A DNA stretch of 64,000 bases from an uncultured Thermodesulfobacteriota bacterium (GTDB lineage: Bacteria; Desulfobacterota; JAFDED01). The notes below the pieces were generated by a model. The model saw only the letters and a list, made by a program, of their open reading frames with translations, did not search any database and was not told where the DNA came from. Shown here one piece after another: positions 9,217 through 18,526 of this stretch (position 1 is its first letter; every line of letters begins with the position of its first letter). The stretch is from NCBI GenBank assembly GCA_964611635.1, contig CAZTAS010000002.1:12720-76719 (forward strand), read 5' to 3'. A program made the position numbers and the translations under genes.

Positions 9217-10125
9217 ATGGATTACGCAGAGAGCAAGGAATATCTGGATCTGAGGGCTATCCTCACCCTTCTTGGCCTGACTTTGCTATGGGGCTTGAAC
9301 TACACCGCCATTAAATACTCCAATGAAGGGATATCACCGGTCTTCACCTCCTCGCTCCGCTCCATAATAGCCTCCCTCTGCGGCGTAATCTATTGCCTAA
9401 GAAGTGGTGAAAGGTTATTCCACAAAGATATCATGCTGTTTCACGGTTTCATGGTAGGCCTGCTATTTGGTCTGGAGTTCGCTTGCCTCTATTTGGGGAT
9501 GCTTTATACGGATGCCGCTCGCTCTGTGATCTTCGTCTACTTGAGCCCCTTCGTGGTGGCTCTTGGGGCCCACTTTTTTTTGAAGGGTGATAAGCTGAGC
9601 TTCTTAAAAACTATGGGTCTCATTTTTGTCTTTACGGGAGTTTTCATAGTATTTGAAGGAAAACCAAAATCTGCAAAACCAGCTATGATCCTCGGGGACA
9701 TATTCGAGATTATGGCGGCCTTTTTTTGGGGAGCCACAACCCTCTATATCAAAAGGTTCATGGCGGATAAGATCCAACCCATAAACACCTTCCTCTATCA
9801 ACTAATCTTCTCTATCCCCATCCTGCTGGCGGTTAGCTTCATCCTCGAACCTCTGTGGATCTATAAGATAGATACATTCATCATCGCCTCGATAACATAC
9901 CAATCGGTCATTGTAGCCTTCATAAGCTATCTTATCTGGTTCAAACTCATACACAAATATGCTGTAAGCAGACTTTCTGCTTTTACCTTCTTCGCCCCCA
10001 CCTTCGGAGTGCTGTTTGGAGCGATCTTCCTGGAGGAGGAATTTACTCTTTCCTTGATGGTAGGGCTTCCCCTGGTCTCCCTTGGGATCTTCATGGTGAA
10101 CTGGAGGAGGCAGCCGGCCCTTTAG
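9217..10125 (+). CDS. EamA/DMT-family transporter
   Basis: 302 aa, polytopic. LLWGLNYTAIKYSNEGISP plus a second EamA-like half. Confidence 0.8.
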   Translation: MDYAESKEYLDLRAILTLLGLTLLWGLNYTAIKYSNEGISPVFTSSLRSIIASLCGVIYCLRSGERLFHKDIMLFHGFMVGLLFGLEFACLYLGMLYTDAARSVIFVYLSPFVVALGAHFFLKGDKLSFLKTMGLIFVFTGVFIVFEGKPKSAKPAMILGDIFEIMAAFFWGATTLYIKRFMADKIQPINTFLYQLIFSIPILLAVSFILEPLWIYKIDTFIIASITYQSVIVAFISYLIWFKLIHKYAVSRLSAFTFFAPTFGVLFGAIFLEEEFTLSLMVGLPLVSLGIFMVNWRRQPAL

Positions 10126-10760
10126 ATCGGACAAAAAGGCACATTGTATGGCTTTGTGCCTATCGACTCCGCCCAAATTTGTCCCGCTAACGCTACGTAA
10201 TCTTCGGATACGATAAGCACAATTTATGGAAATTCGCTGCGCTGGTTTATTAGACTTAACTCATCCCCATGTCACCACATAGAATACTTTGACTTCATCT
10301 CCCTCAGAGAAAGGACATCAGCTTTTTAAAGATCTTCTCGATTTATTGTCCGAAAAGCCTGCTTCAAAATGCCGAAGAATTAGAAAAGTTATCCTGCAAG
10401 ATGCAGGAAAAGCTTCTTGATCTTAAACCTCGGGCTTGGAACACCTTAGCACATTATGAGCGCAAGAATAAGAGCTGTGAAGAGGCAAAAAAATCTTAAA
10501 AAGGAGGATGAGTTATATTCAATTCGTCTATCAGCAAAAAGCGTATTACTTAAACGAAAAAAAGATGGAAATAGGGCACCACAAATACCGGCATAATCAA
10601 AAGATGAAATGAAAATCTATATCTACACATAAGAACATTAAGAAAAATTTACTTTCAGCCAAGATGCTGTTGATAAATTATAAATAAAAAAATTTATCCT
10701 ATTTGATACAAATATTATTAAAGCTATTGGCACCAATTATACTAACCGCGAACAAATTAA

Positions 10761-10960
10761 GAAGCTTATAGCCAGTTGGACTACATTTTCATGGAACGCT
10801 TTTGTAGAATAGTTCAATAAGTAGATGTTTATCTTAACAACTATGGAACGGTCCATGATGCCGTAAGGAGCCTGACAGGTACTTCCGATTTTACAAGGAG
10901 GAAAGGCCGCATCATATCTTGGGCTATAGGACAACGTACGAAATCTATTTCAATCAATGA
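10761..10960 (+). pseudogene. Decayed 3' remnant of an rve (DDE integrase-core) IS transposase
   Basis: My reading gives LDYIFMERFCRIVQ*VDVYLNNYGTVHDA and then, after a frameshift, EPDRYFRFYKEERPHHILGYRTTYEIYFNQ*. This corresponds to the conserved DN.FiERfWRslK.E.vY ... fYN.eRPH.sLgy.TP.e.y tail of IS3/IS481-type transposases. It has an in-frame stop and a frameshift, lacks an N-terminal part, and lies in an AT-rich gap. Confidence 0.6.
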
Positions 10961-11024
10961 CAATAATTCAGATTACATGTTCGGGCATGCTCCCATAATT
11001 AAATATCTTGAATCAAATTTTGTA

Positions 11025-11054
11025 TTGACAATGGGGTTAATCTAATAATACAAT
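11025..11054 (+). promoter_or_regulatory. Candidate sigma70-like promoter (TTGACA-N18-TACAAT) upstream of TTT operon 1
   Basis: TTGACA at 11025-11030 and TACAAT at 11049-11054. Sequence match only. Confidence 0.3.
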
Positions 11055-11196
11055 TATTCTCTGCCGAGAGGCCACTAATTTCATCTAAATCTTTGACACG
11101 GCTGAAAATGATGTATTTCATTCTTAAAATTAGAAATTGAAAGGAGATGTTTCAGGGCATGGCTTGGTCCTAAAATTAACCTCAAAAAAAGGAGGT

Positions 11197-12234
11197 ATGG
11201 AGATGAAGAAAGAAATTAACAATGGCTGGATGGAATTCGACGTTACTCGGCGCTTATTCCTCAAGGGCGCCGCGGCGTTGAGTGGTGCCATGGTTCTGGA
11301 GCCTCTGCTGGCATACGGGGCTGAGCGACCGAAAGATTTCCCAACCAAGCCTTTGAACCACATCGTACCGGCCCGCGCCGGCGGAGGGTTCGATCGCAGC
11401 TCCCGCATTGCCGCAATGGCGTGGGAGAAGAAGCTGGGGGTTCCTATAAAATTTTCCTATTTGCCAGGAGGCTCCACGCTGATTGGTTTCAACAAGATGC
11501 TCACCATTACAGACGGCTACGCCACGTCCATAACCTCCATTTCCATGCTTTACCTGGCCATGGAAATTCAGAAACCCAAGTTCGGCTGGAAGGATCTGGC
11601 CTTTATCGGTACCTTGATCATTGACCCCAACCAGCTCATGGTACAAAAAGATGCGCCCTGGAAGACCGCGAGGGAGTTTATCGAAGCCGGCCGCAAGGCC
11701 AAGAGTCCGCTGAAGATTTCCACCTCTCACCCCAATGCTAACAACACTCTGGCTGCCAATATCTTCATCAAGCTCTCCAAAATCAACGCTCAGGTTGTTG
11801 CCTTTGACGGTGGCTCCGCGGCACGCAACGCCCTTGCCGGCAAACACGTGGATGCCTGCTGCGGTCCTATGTTCAGTGCTCTGAATGTGGCCGAGATAGT
11901 GAGGGGCCTGGTTGTATTCCAGGATACCAATCCGGTTCCTCACCTCTGGAAGGGCGTTAAGCCTGCCAAAGAAGCCCTGGACTTCGATATGCCCAATTCT
12001 CAGGATGCCTTCGCGTTCTTCTGTCCCAAGGCTGTGGTCAAGCGCTATCCTGACCGCTATAAGTTCCTTGTGGACACGTTCCGCGAGACCGTTAAATCAG
12101 AGGAAATCAAGAAGCTGGGCGAAAAATCTGGGCTAACCCCCTTCCTGGAGTACTGGTCTCCTGAGAAATGCGAGAAGTTTGTTGAAGACTACGATGCGGT
12201 CTTCAAGAAATATGGATACTTGATGAAAAGGTGA
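11197..12234 (+). CDS. tctC: Tripartite tricarboxylate transporter substrate-binding protein (TctC/Bug family) with a twin-arginine signal
   Basis: PTKPLNHIVPARAGGGFDRSSR resembles the TctC/Bug core motif. The N-terminus DVTRRLFLKGAAALSGA matches the Tat consensus. I prefer the ATG at 11197, preceded by AAAGGAGGT, over the track start at 11137. Confidence 0.85.
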   Translation: MEMKKEINNGWMEFDVTRRLFLKGAAALSGAMVLEPLLAYGAERPKDFPTKPLNHIVPARAGGGFDRSSRIAAMAWEKKLGVPIKFSYLPGGSTLIGFNKMLTITDGYATSITSISMLYLAMEIQKPKFGWKDLAFIGTLIIDPNQLMVQKDAPWKTAREFIEAGRKAKSPLKISTSHPNANNTLAANIFIKLSKINAQVVAFDGGSAARNALAGKHVDACCGPMFSALNVAEIVRGLVVFQDTNPVPHLWKGVKPAKEALDFDMPNSQDAFAFFCPKAVVKRYPDRYKFLVDTFRETVKSEEIKKLGEKSGLTPFLEYWSPEKCEKFVEDYDAVFKKYGYLMKR

Positions 12235-12346
12235 CGGTATTCGACCCGGGGGGTGATCGGAGCATTGAAGCTTGCCTGAAGGAGGGCTGAACTGAGGTCC
12301 CTTGAACATAGCCTCTTTAAGTGCTCCTCTCACTCCCCGGGCAGTC

Positions 12347-12877
12347 ATGAAGAGCCGCTATCAAATGCGCAGTGCCGAAAAAAGGAAAAAACCCCTGGAA
12401 GGGATCAGGCGGGAGGAGCTTCTTGTTCCCATTTTAGTATTTCTTTTCTCTATATCTTATATCAGTCAGGTGTGGGGCGCTCCGCGGGTAGTGATATTAT
12501 GGCCATATATCGTTATGGTCTCGCTGCTTATCTGCACGGCGGGTGTAATGATTGAAGGCCTGGCGGGTAGTTGGCGGCAGGAAGGGGCAAAAGATACTTC
12601 CGGTGCGGGGATTCTGGCTTTGCTGCACAAGGGTTTCAAGCCCCTCGTCATAACCGGCACAACCATATGTTACCTTGCAGCCATTGAACACCTAGGATTC
12701 ACGCTGTCCAATTTCTTGTACCTGATGATACTCCTCTGGGCCCTGGGAACCCGCCGGTCCTGGGTGATCACAGTCATTTCTCTGGTGATCATAATCATTT
12801 TGCACCTGGTGATGATCAATTTTCTTCAAATGCCCGTTCCCAGGCTTCCCCTTCCTTTCATAAGCTGGGAGTTGTAG
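12347..12877 (+). CDS. tctB: TctB-family small membrane subunit
   Basis: About 176 aa with four hydrophobic segments, located between tctC and tctA. The start is uncertain (ATG at 12347 versus the track start at 12302). Confidence 0.65.
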   Translation: MKSRYQMRSAEKRKKPLEGIRREELLVPILVFLFSISYISQVWGAPRVVILWPYIVMVSLLICTAGVMIEGLAGSWRQEGAKDTSGAGILALLHKGFKPLVITGTTICYLAAIEHLGFTLSNFLYLMILLWALGTRRSWVITVISLVIIIILHLVMINFLQMPVPRLPLPFISWEL

Positions 12878-12886
12878 GTCAATTCC

Positions 12887-14413
12887 ATGGAATTCATCCC
12901 CAGCGCTGATATGATTGACGGCGCCCTCTCTCTGCTGTTCCAGCCCAGGGTGCTGATCTGGCTGGTGGCGGGGTTGGTCTCGGGCTTCCTCGTGGGGGCC
13001 ATCCCGGGATTCAACGACACCAATTTCCTGGCCATGGTCCTTCCTTTCACGGTTTATCTTGGGCCCATGCAGGCTGTCATTTTTATGATGGCTGTTTTTT
13101 GCGGATCGCAAACCGCCGGCTCCATCCCCGCCATCCTTGTCAATATCCCCGGAACCCCGTCCAACGCTCCCACTACGCTGGAAGGATTTGTTCTAACCAG
13201 GCAGGGGAGGGCCGGCGAGGCGCTGGGATGCTCCCTTTTTTCATCCACAATGGGAGGGCTGTCGGGCTCCATCATATGCATCCTGCTGGGGCCCATAATT
13301 GGTGTTTACGCGCTGAAGTTCGGACCTGCCGAGATCTGCGCCATGGCCATCTTCGGGATGTCCGCCGTGGGCTCCCTAACGGGCAGGAGCATAGCCAAAG
13401 GCATGGTCTCATCCCTTCTGGGGCTTTTATTGGCCACCATCGGCACCGAGATGGAGCTGGGAAGGATGCGCTCCACATTCGGATTTTACGAGCTGGCTGA
13501 AGGGTTTCCGCTGATTCCCATGCTTTTGGGAGCCTTCGGGTTTTCTGAAGTTCTCTCCTTGGTGCAGGAAGAGTATATCATTTCCGACCATACAGTTTTT
13601 CGCTTCAGGGGCTACGCATCGCTGTTCCACGGAATGCGGGAATCTCTGCGCTACAAGCTGACGATGCTCCGATCAGCCATCATAGGGGTTCTGGTGGGAT
13701 TGGTGCCTGGCGTGGGGGCGGCTGTGGCAACCTGGATCAGCTATGGACAGGCAAGGGCATGGTCCAAGACACCGGAGAAGTTCGGCACAGGACACTACGA
13801 GGGTCTTGTCTCCACCGATACTTGCAACAACGGCGTTACAGGAGGGGCACTGATACCCACCATGACCCTGGGCATCCCCGGCAGCGGCACCACGCTGGTG
13901 GTCATGGCAGCTCTGATGATCAACGGCATCCAGCCGGGGCCCAGCCTCTTCATGAACTTTCAACAGGAGGCGTATGCCATCTTTTTCTCACTGTTTGTGA
14001 GCAATGTGCTGATGTTCCTGGTTGGGCTGGTGGTGATGCGGTTCCTTCCGCTAGTGGCTTATGTGCCGACGCGGATTCTGGCTCCCATCATGGGGCTTTT
14101 CTGCCTGGTGGGAGGGCTGGCGTGGCGTGGCTTTGTGTTCGATATGGTGCTGGTCTTTTTCTTCGGGCTGCTGGGTCTTGTGATGAAGCGCAACGGGTAT
14201 TCGCCGCCGGCCTTAGTCCTGGCCGTCATTCTGGGGCCTATTGCCGAGAAGAACCTGATCTGGAGCCTCAAGATCGGTGGGCTGGCCCTATTTCTTCGAC
14301 CCATTAGCTTAGCAATATTGTTGGCTACAATGGGGGCAATCTTTCTGCCGGTTCTGATCAGGAAAATAGCCAGAAGCAGGGGAGTGGCCCATGTAGCCCG
14401 CTCGGGTGAATAA
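12887..14413 (+). CDS. tctA: TctA-family large permease
   Basis: 508 aa, polytopic. The GAIPGFN, GIPGSGTT and PGVGAAVA motifs are shared with the other two TctA paralogs in this window. Confidence 0.9.
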   Translation: MEFIPSADMIDGALSLLFQPRVLIWLVAGLVSGFLVGAIPGFNDTNFLAMVLPFTVYLGPMQAVIFMMAVFCGSQTAGSIPAILVNIPGTPSNAPTTLEGFVLTRQGRAGEALGCSLFSSTMGGLSGSIICILLGPIIGVYALKFGPAEICAMAIFGMSAVGSLTGRSIAKGMVSSLLGLLLATIGTEMELGRMRSTFGFYELAEGFPLIPMLLGAFGFSEVLSLVQEEYIISDHTVFRFRGYASLFHGMRESLRYKLTMLRSAIIGVLVGLVPGVGAAVATWISYGQARAWSKTPEKFGTGHYEGLVSTDTCNNGVTGGALIPTMTLGIPGSGTTLVVMAALMINGIQPGPSLFMNFQQEAYAIFFSLFVSNVLMFLVGLVVMRFLPLVAYVPTRILAPIMGLFCLVGGLAWRGFVFDMVLVFFFGLLGLVMKRNGYSPPALVLAVILGPIAEKNLIWSLKIGGLALFLRPISLAILLATMGAIFLPVLIRKIARSRGVAHVARSGE

Positions 14414-14512
14414 TAGTACCGCATACCGCAACTCTATCAATTCAATTGGGAGGACGATCCACGCCCGCAAAAGACCTCATCAGCTGTATTCCGTTGGAAA
14501 AGGAGGTTTCAT

Positions 14513-15274
14513 ATGACACTGGAAATTACCTGGTACGATAACACCGCCTTTCGAGTGGTTAGCGATGAGCACGTAATCTGGTTTGATCCATCGGTCAACA
14601 AGAATCCAGGCTCGCCCATCAGGACCGAGGACATCCAGGAAAAAGCCGACTTTGTCTTTACGACCCACGGAGACCCGGGACACTTCATCAACAGCGTGGA
14701 GATTACTCAGCGGACGGGGGCCTATTTTGTGGGGCCTGAGGATCTGTGCAATTTCATTTTGGATAATAATCAACTATCGCCGGATCGCGTCATTCCCTTG
14801 AAATATGATGAGACTCGACATATCGACGGCCTGGAGGTCTACCTTTTCGAAGCCGTTCACCCCGAGCTGACGCCCAGGCTTATCGAGCACGTCCAAAAGT
14901 GGGGGGGCGCTGTGAAGACGCGGAATGGTGGCTTTGTGGTATGCGGAAAGGGCTACTGCATCTGCCTGCTGGGCGACTGCATCCACTCGGAAGTATTCGA
15001 GAAGGTGGGCCGTATGTTTGAGATTGACATTGGTATGATACCGTTGCAGGGAAGAATGCACCAGGACTCGACCCACGAGGAGGCGGCGGAACATGGGGCT
15101 CGCATCGTCCGCGACCTCAAACCCAAGGTGCTCTTCCCCGCCATCCAGTACACCTTCGAGATGGGCAGAATTGATCCTTTGAAAAGACGACTTAAAGAGA
15201 TGGGCATCTACCCGCAGATCATCATGGATAAACCTGGAATGGTCCATCGATTGGAAGCGTTCGGATCATCTTGA
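14513..15274 (+). CDS. MBL-fold metallo-hydrolase (UlaG/Lactamase_B_3-like)
   Basis: ITWYDNTAFRV...DFVFTTHGDPGHF resembles the metallo-beta-lactamase-fold His/Asp motif. It follows tctA on the same strand. Confidence 0.7.
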   Translation: MTLEITWYDNTAFRVVSDEHVIWFDPSVNKNPGSPIRTEDIQEKADFVFTTHGDPGHFINSVEITQRTGAYFVGPEDLCNFILDNNQLSPDRVIPLKYDETRHIDGLEVYLFEAVHPELTPRLIEHVQKWGGAVKTRNGGFVVCGKGYCICLLGDCIHSEVFEKVGRMFEIDIGMIPLQGRMHQDSTHEEAAEHGARIVRDLKPKVLFPAIQYTFEMGRIDPLKRRLKEMGIYPQIIMDKPGMVHRLEAFGSS

Positions 15275-15500
15275 CACTTATCATGACAGATCGGGAGAAT
15301 TCGGGCACTGAATCTGATCATTTCACCTTTTAGGAGAGCATTTCGCGGAGTAATGCGTCCGTGCCCACCGAGAAAAAGCAGCAAACGCGAGATATCTCAG
15401 ATTCTTTATGATTGGTTGACCTCCATTAACCCGCCAGGAAGCGGAAGGATTCAGCTAAAATTCCTCTTCACCCATTTAAAAAAATAGGATTAAATATTTT

Positions 15501-16271
15501 TTAGTCAACGCCAAAGGGTTTGGTTATTGGCCAAATGGGCGGCCATGGGATCTGGTTTTCAGGACTTTTGCTCCATTCTCGGAGGAAAGCCGGCGCAGGG
15601 CAGGACTTCATGCAGATCCCACAGCGCAGGCCCTGCCATACGGCAGCATTGGCACACCGGGGACGATAAAGCCCGTCTGTACGTGAAATAGCATTTACAG
15701 GGGATGCCTTGACACAAAAGTAGCCGCAATTTTCGGGATGACAGAGCCTGGCGGGCAATATCGGGTCGGGAACGAGTTTGGCTTCAGTAAGGACCACCAT
15801 CAATCTGACGCGGGGACCGAACTCGGGAGTAATCAAAAGCGAGGAGAGCCCGCGGCGGCCCAGCCCCACAGCCTCGGCTGCGTGCTGGTAGCTAATAGGC
15901 GCTCGAAAGGTTCCATACTCCCACTTTTGCACCCCGGGGAAGACCCCTTCCCCTGACCAGGCGTAAGAGACTGGTCGGCTTAGGTGCTCTTCTTTTTCCA
16001 GGAACTTGCTCAACTTGTATGCGGTGGTGTTGAGAAGCCAGCTTGAAATAAAAAAGTTGATGGTATATTCGCTGCGGCTCTCAGGCAGATGATCTACCAC
16101 ACCATCGATCTGACGGGCTGCAAATACGATGACTGATTGAGCCTCCGGCAGAAGATCCCTAGGATGATAGCCACTGGGAGCAGAATCAAAGCGCTCGATG
16201 GGGCCTATTTTCACCAGGTCACAACCTTCCGATAAGACATATTCCTTAACCCTTTTAGTTAATTCTTCCAT
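15501..16271 (-). CDS. QueG/RdhA-superfamily-like 4Fe-4S protein (short epoxyqueuosine-reductase-like), paralog 1
   Basis: SYQHAAEAVGLGRRGLSSLLITPEFGPRVRLMVVLTEAKL is the QueG-type core block. C-terminal Cys clusters are CHPENCGYFC and CGICMKSCP. I prefer the start at the ATG at 16271 (MEELTKR, preceded by AAGGTG). Confidence 0.7.
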   Translation of the reverse strand: MEELTKRVKEYVLSEGCDLVKIGPIERFDSAPSGYHPRDLLPEAQSVIVFAARQIDGVVDHLPESRSEYTINFFISSWLLNTTAYKLSKFLEKEEHLSRPVSYAWSGEGVFPGVQKWEYGTFRAPISYQHAAEAVGLGRRGLSSLLITPEFGPRVRLMVVLTEAKLVPDPILPARLCHPENCGYFCVKASPVNAISRTDGLYRPRCANAAVWQGLRCGICMKSCPAPAFLREWSKSPENQIPWPPIWPITKPFGVD

Positions 16272-16343
16272 TACGCACCTTTTATAAAATTCTTCAGCGA
16301 AATTAACAGAATAACTTGCTGCCAATTGTCCGGTTTGCTATGT

Positions 16344-17831
16344 TTAAAATTTTTCTAGCCGCTTTTTCCTCCGATATTCCCGAATGAAGGGCCATGAAAA
16401 AGAAAACAGCGCCAGAATTAAAAGTCCCACGCTGATGGGGCTGGCAAAGAAAATTTTATAGCTCCCCTCCGAAAGGAGCAATGAGCGCCGCAGATTTGTT
16501 TCCACCATCCTCCCCAGAACCATGGCGATCACCACCGGAGGGACGGGAAAGCTGAAGCGCCGCATGAGATAGCCCATCAACCCGGTAATGAGCATCACCC
16601 AGACGTCAAACATGGAGTTGTCGATCCCATAAGAGCCAATGAAGGCGATGGCCAGGATTAGTGTCATTAAAATGCCCTTCGGTGTCGCTGTCACCTGGGT
16701 CCAGAGCTTGGTACCCAGCAGGCCGGCCAGAAGCATGATGAAGTTAGTGATGAACAGGCTGACAAAAAGACCATAGATCACATCGGGGTTCCTGGAAAAG
16801 AGCTGGGGCCCAGGGATCAGCCCATGGAGCATCAGCCCGCCCAGAAGGACCGCTGTGGTGCCCGAGCCGGGAACCCCCAGGGTTAGGAGCGGGATCAGCG
16901 CCCCTCCCACGGTTGCGTTATTGGCCGACTCGGGTGCTGCCACCCCTTCGAGGACGCCGCTGCCGAACTTCTCCGGCTCCTTAGAGGCACGCTTGGCCTC
17001 TGTATAGGCCACAAGATTGGCCACCGAAGCACCAGCCCCCGGCACCACCCCGATGATGGTGCCGATGATGGCTGATCGGAAGATAACTCCGGACATCTTA
17101 CGGATCTCCTGCCGGGTGGGCAGCGCCGAGGAGATCCTCTCCCGTAAAAGCTGGACGGGAGAGAGTTCCTCTATGACGGTGAAAACCTCTGAGATGGCAA
17201 AGAGCCCGATGAGCACAGGCACAAGGGGGATGCCCTCAAAGAGTCTGTCCACACCGAAAAGATAACGGGAGTAACCCGTCATAACGTCATCACCTATCAT
17301 ATTGAGCATCAGCCCGATCATGGTGGCTATGAAGCCCTTGATAACGCTTCTTCCCACAAGACTGGAGACGATGGTAAGCCCGAATATCCCCAGTGCAAAG
17401 TATTCTGGGGGGCCAAACTTCAGGGCGAAGTTTACCAGCGGGACGGACAAAACAATCAGGCAGATGGCGGAAAATACGCCCCCGAAGGTGGAGGCAATGA
17501 TGGAGGTCCCCAGGGCCTTGCCCGGCATCCCCTTCTTGGTCAGGGGATAGCCGTCGAAGGTGGTGGCCACCGCCGCCGGGGTGCCAGGGGTGCCGATGGC
17601 GATAGCGGTGATGGAACCGCCGTATTCGGCTGCGGTGTATAGAGCACAGAGCATTATCATGGCGGTGGCGGCGTCCATGCCGAAGGTGAAGGGAAGAAGA
17701 AGCGCCACCCCTGTGGCGGCGTTCAACCCCGGCATGGCCCCCACGAAGATACCCATCAACACACCGGCTCCCACAGCGATGAAGCTCTTTATGGTGAAAG
17801 CGATCTCGATACCGATAAGGAAGTTTTCCAA
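16344..17831 (-). CDS. tctA: TctA-family large permease
   Basis: 495 aa, polytopic. GAMPGLN, GVPGSGTT and PGAGASVA motifs. Confidence 0.9.
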   Translation of the reverse strand: MENFLIGIEIAFTIKSFIAVGAGVLMGIFVGAMPGLNAATGVALLLPFTFGMDAATAMIMLCALYTAAEYGGSITAIAIGTPGTPAAVATTFDGYPLTKKGMPGKALGTSIIASTFGGVFSAICLIVLSVPLVNFALKFGPPEYFALGIFGLTIVSSLVGRSVIKGFIATMIGLMLNMIGDDVMTGYSRYLFGVDRLFEGIPLVPVLIGLFAISEVFTVIEELSPVQLLRERISSALPTRQEIRKMSGVIFRSAIIGTIIGVVPGAGASVANLVAYTEAKRASKEPEKFGSGVLEGVAAPESANNATVGGALIPLLTLGVPGSGTTAVLLGGLMLHGLIPGPQLFSRNPDVIYGLFVSLFITNFIMLLAGLLGTKLWTQVTATPKGILMTLILAIAFIGSYGIDNSMFDVWVMLITGLMGYLMRRFSFPVPPVVIAMVLGRMVETNLRRSLLLSEGSYKIFFASPISVGLLILALFSFSWPFIREYRRKKRLEKF

Positions 17832-17891
17832 GACTTTGGACTCTCCCAGTTAAAAAGAAAATTTAATTGTCGAGAGCTGTTCTTGCTCAGA

Positions 17892-18320
17892 TCAAGGCAG
17901 CGGAACCCCAAGCTTTTTATAAAAGAAAAGAAAAACAAAAAGGGTAAAGCCTGCCGTGACTATGATGATCCTCTTCCAGCTCCGGGTGTCTAACAACCTC
18001 ATCATCACCACCAGGAATATTGGTGTGGCATAAAAATAGTGAACCCTGGGGGCCAGGTAAAGATAAAGGAATGAAACTGCTACCGATATCCCTACCAGGG
18101 CCATTCGTCCGAAGCTCTGTCGCTCCTGATACTTGCCCCGGACCACCTGCGCAAGGAGTAAAATACAAAGGCTAATCAACATGTAGAGGGTCAGCCTGGG
18201 TAGAAATGCAGGGCCGGGAATCCCCTCCCATGAACCGGGATAATCCCGTGCTACCCAGAGCAAGAAGACCGCCCCTGCAATCAAGAGAACTGATATAATA
18301 GTTTCGGACTGGATGCGCAT
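17892..18320 (-). CDS. tctB: TctB-family small membrane subunit
   Basis: 142 aa with four hydrophobic segments, located between tctC and tctA. Confidence 0.7.
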   Translation of the reverse strand: MRIQSETIISVLLIAGAVFLLWVARDYPGSWEGIPGPAFLPRLTLYMLISLCILLLAQVVRGKYQERQSFGRMALVGISVAVSFLYLYLAPRVHYFYATPIFLVVMMRLLDTRSWKRIIIVTAGFTLFVFLFFYKKLGVPLP

Positions 18321-18357
18321 AATAATCCTTCCGCTTCAGCCTCTTACCTGATGGCAG

Positions 18358-18379
18358 GGGGCGTGATTAATCACGCCCC
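18358..18379. repeat. Perfect 22-bp GC-rich palindrome (REP-like hairpin) in the tctC-tctB spacer
   Basis: GGGGCGTGATTAATCACGCCCC, followed by TAC. It lies in the 206-nt gap between the tctC stop (18527) and the tctB start (18320). Confidence 0.75.
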
Positions 18380-18526
18380 TACTACCTGGTGTGTATCATC
18401 ATTTGGTAAGTCAGGGCCCCTATCGCCATGGCTTTACTTTTCAGGAAAAAGCCCAACTTAATCCTGGCAAAGGCAATAGGCCCAGACCTACCAATTCTAT
18501 CCCGCTGTTACAGTTAAGGGTTATTT

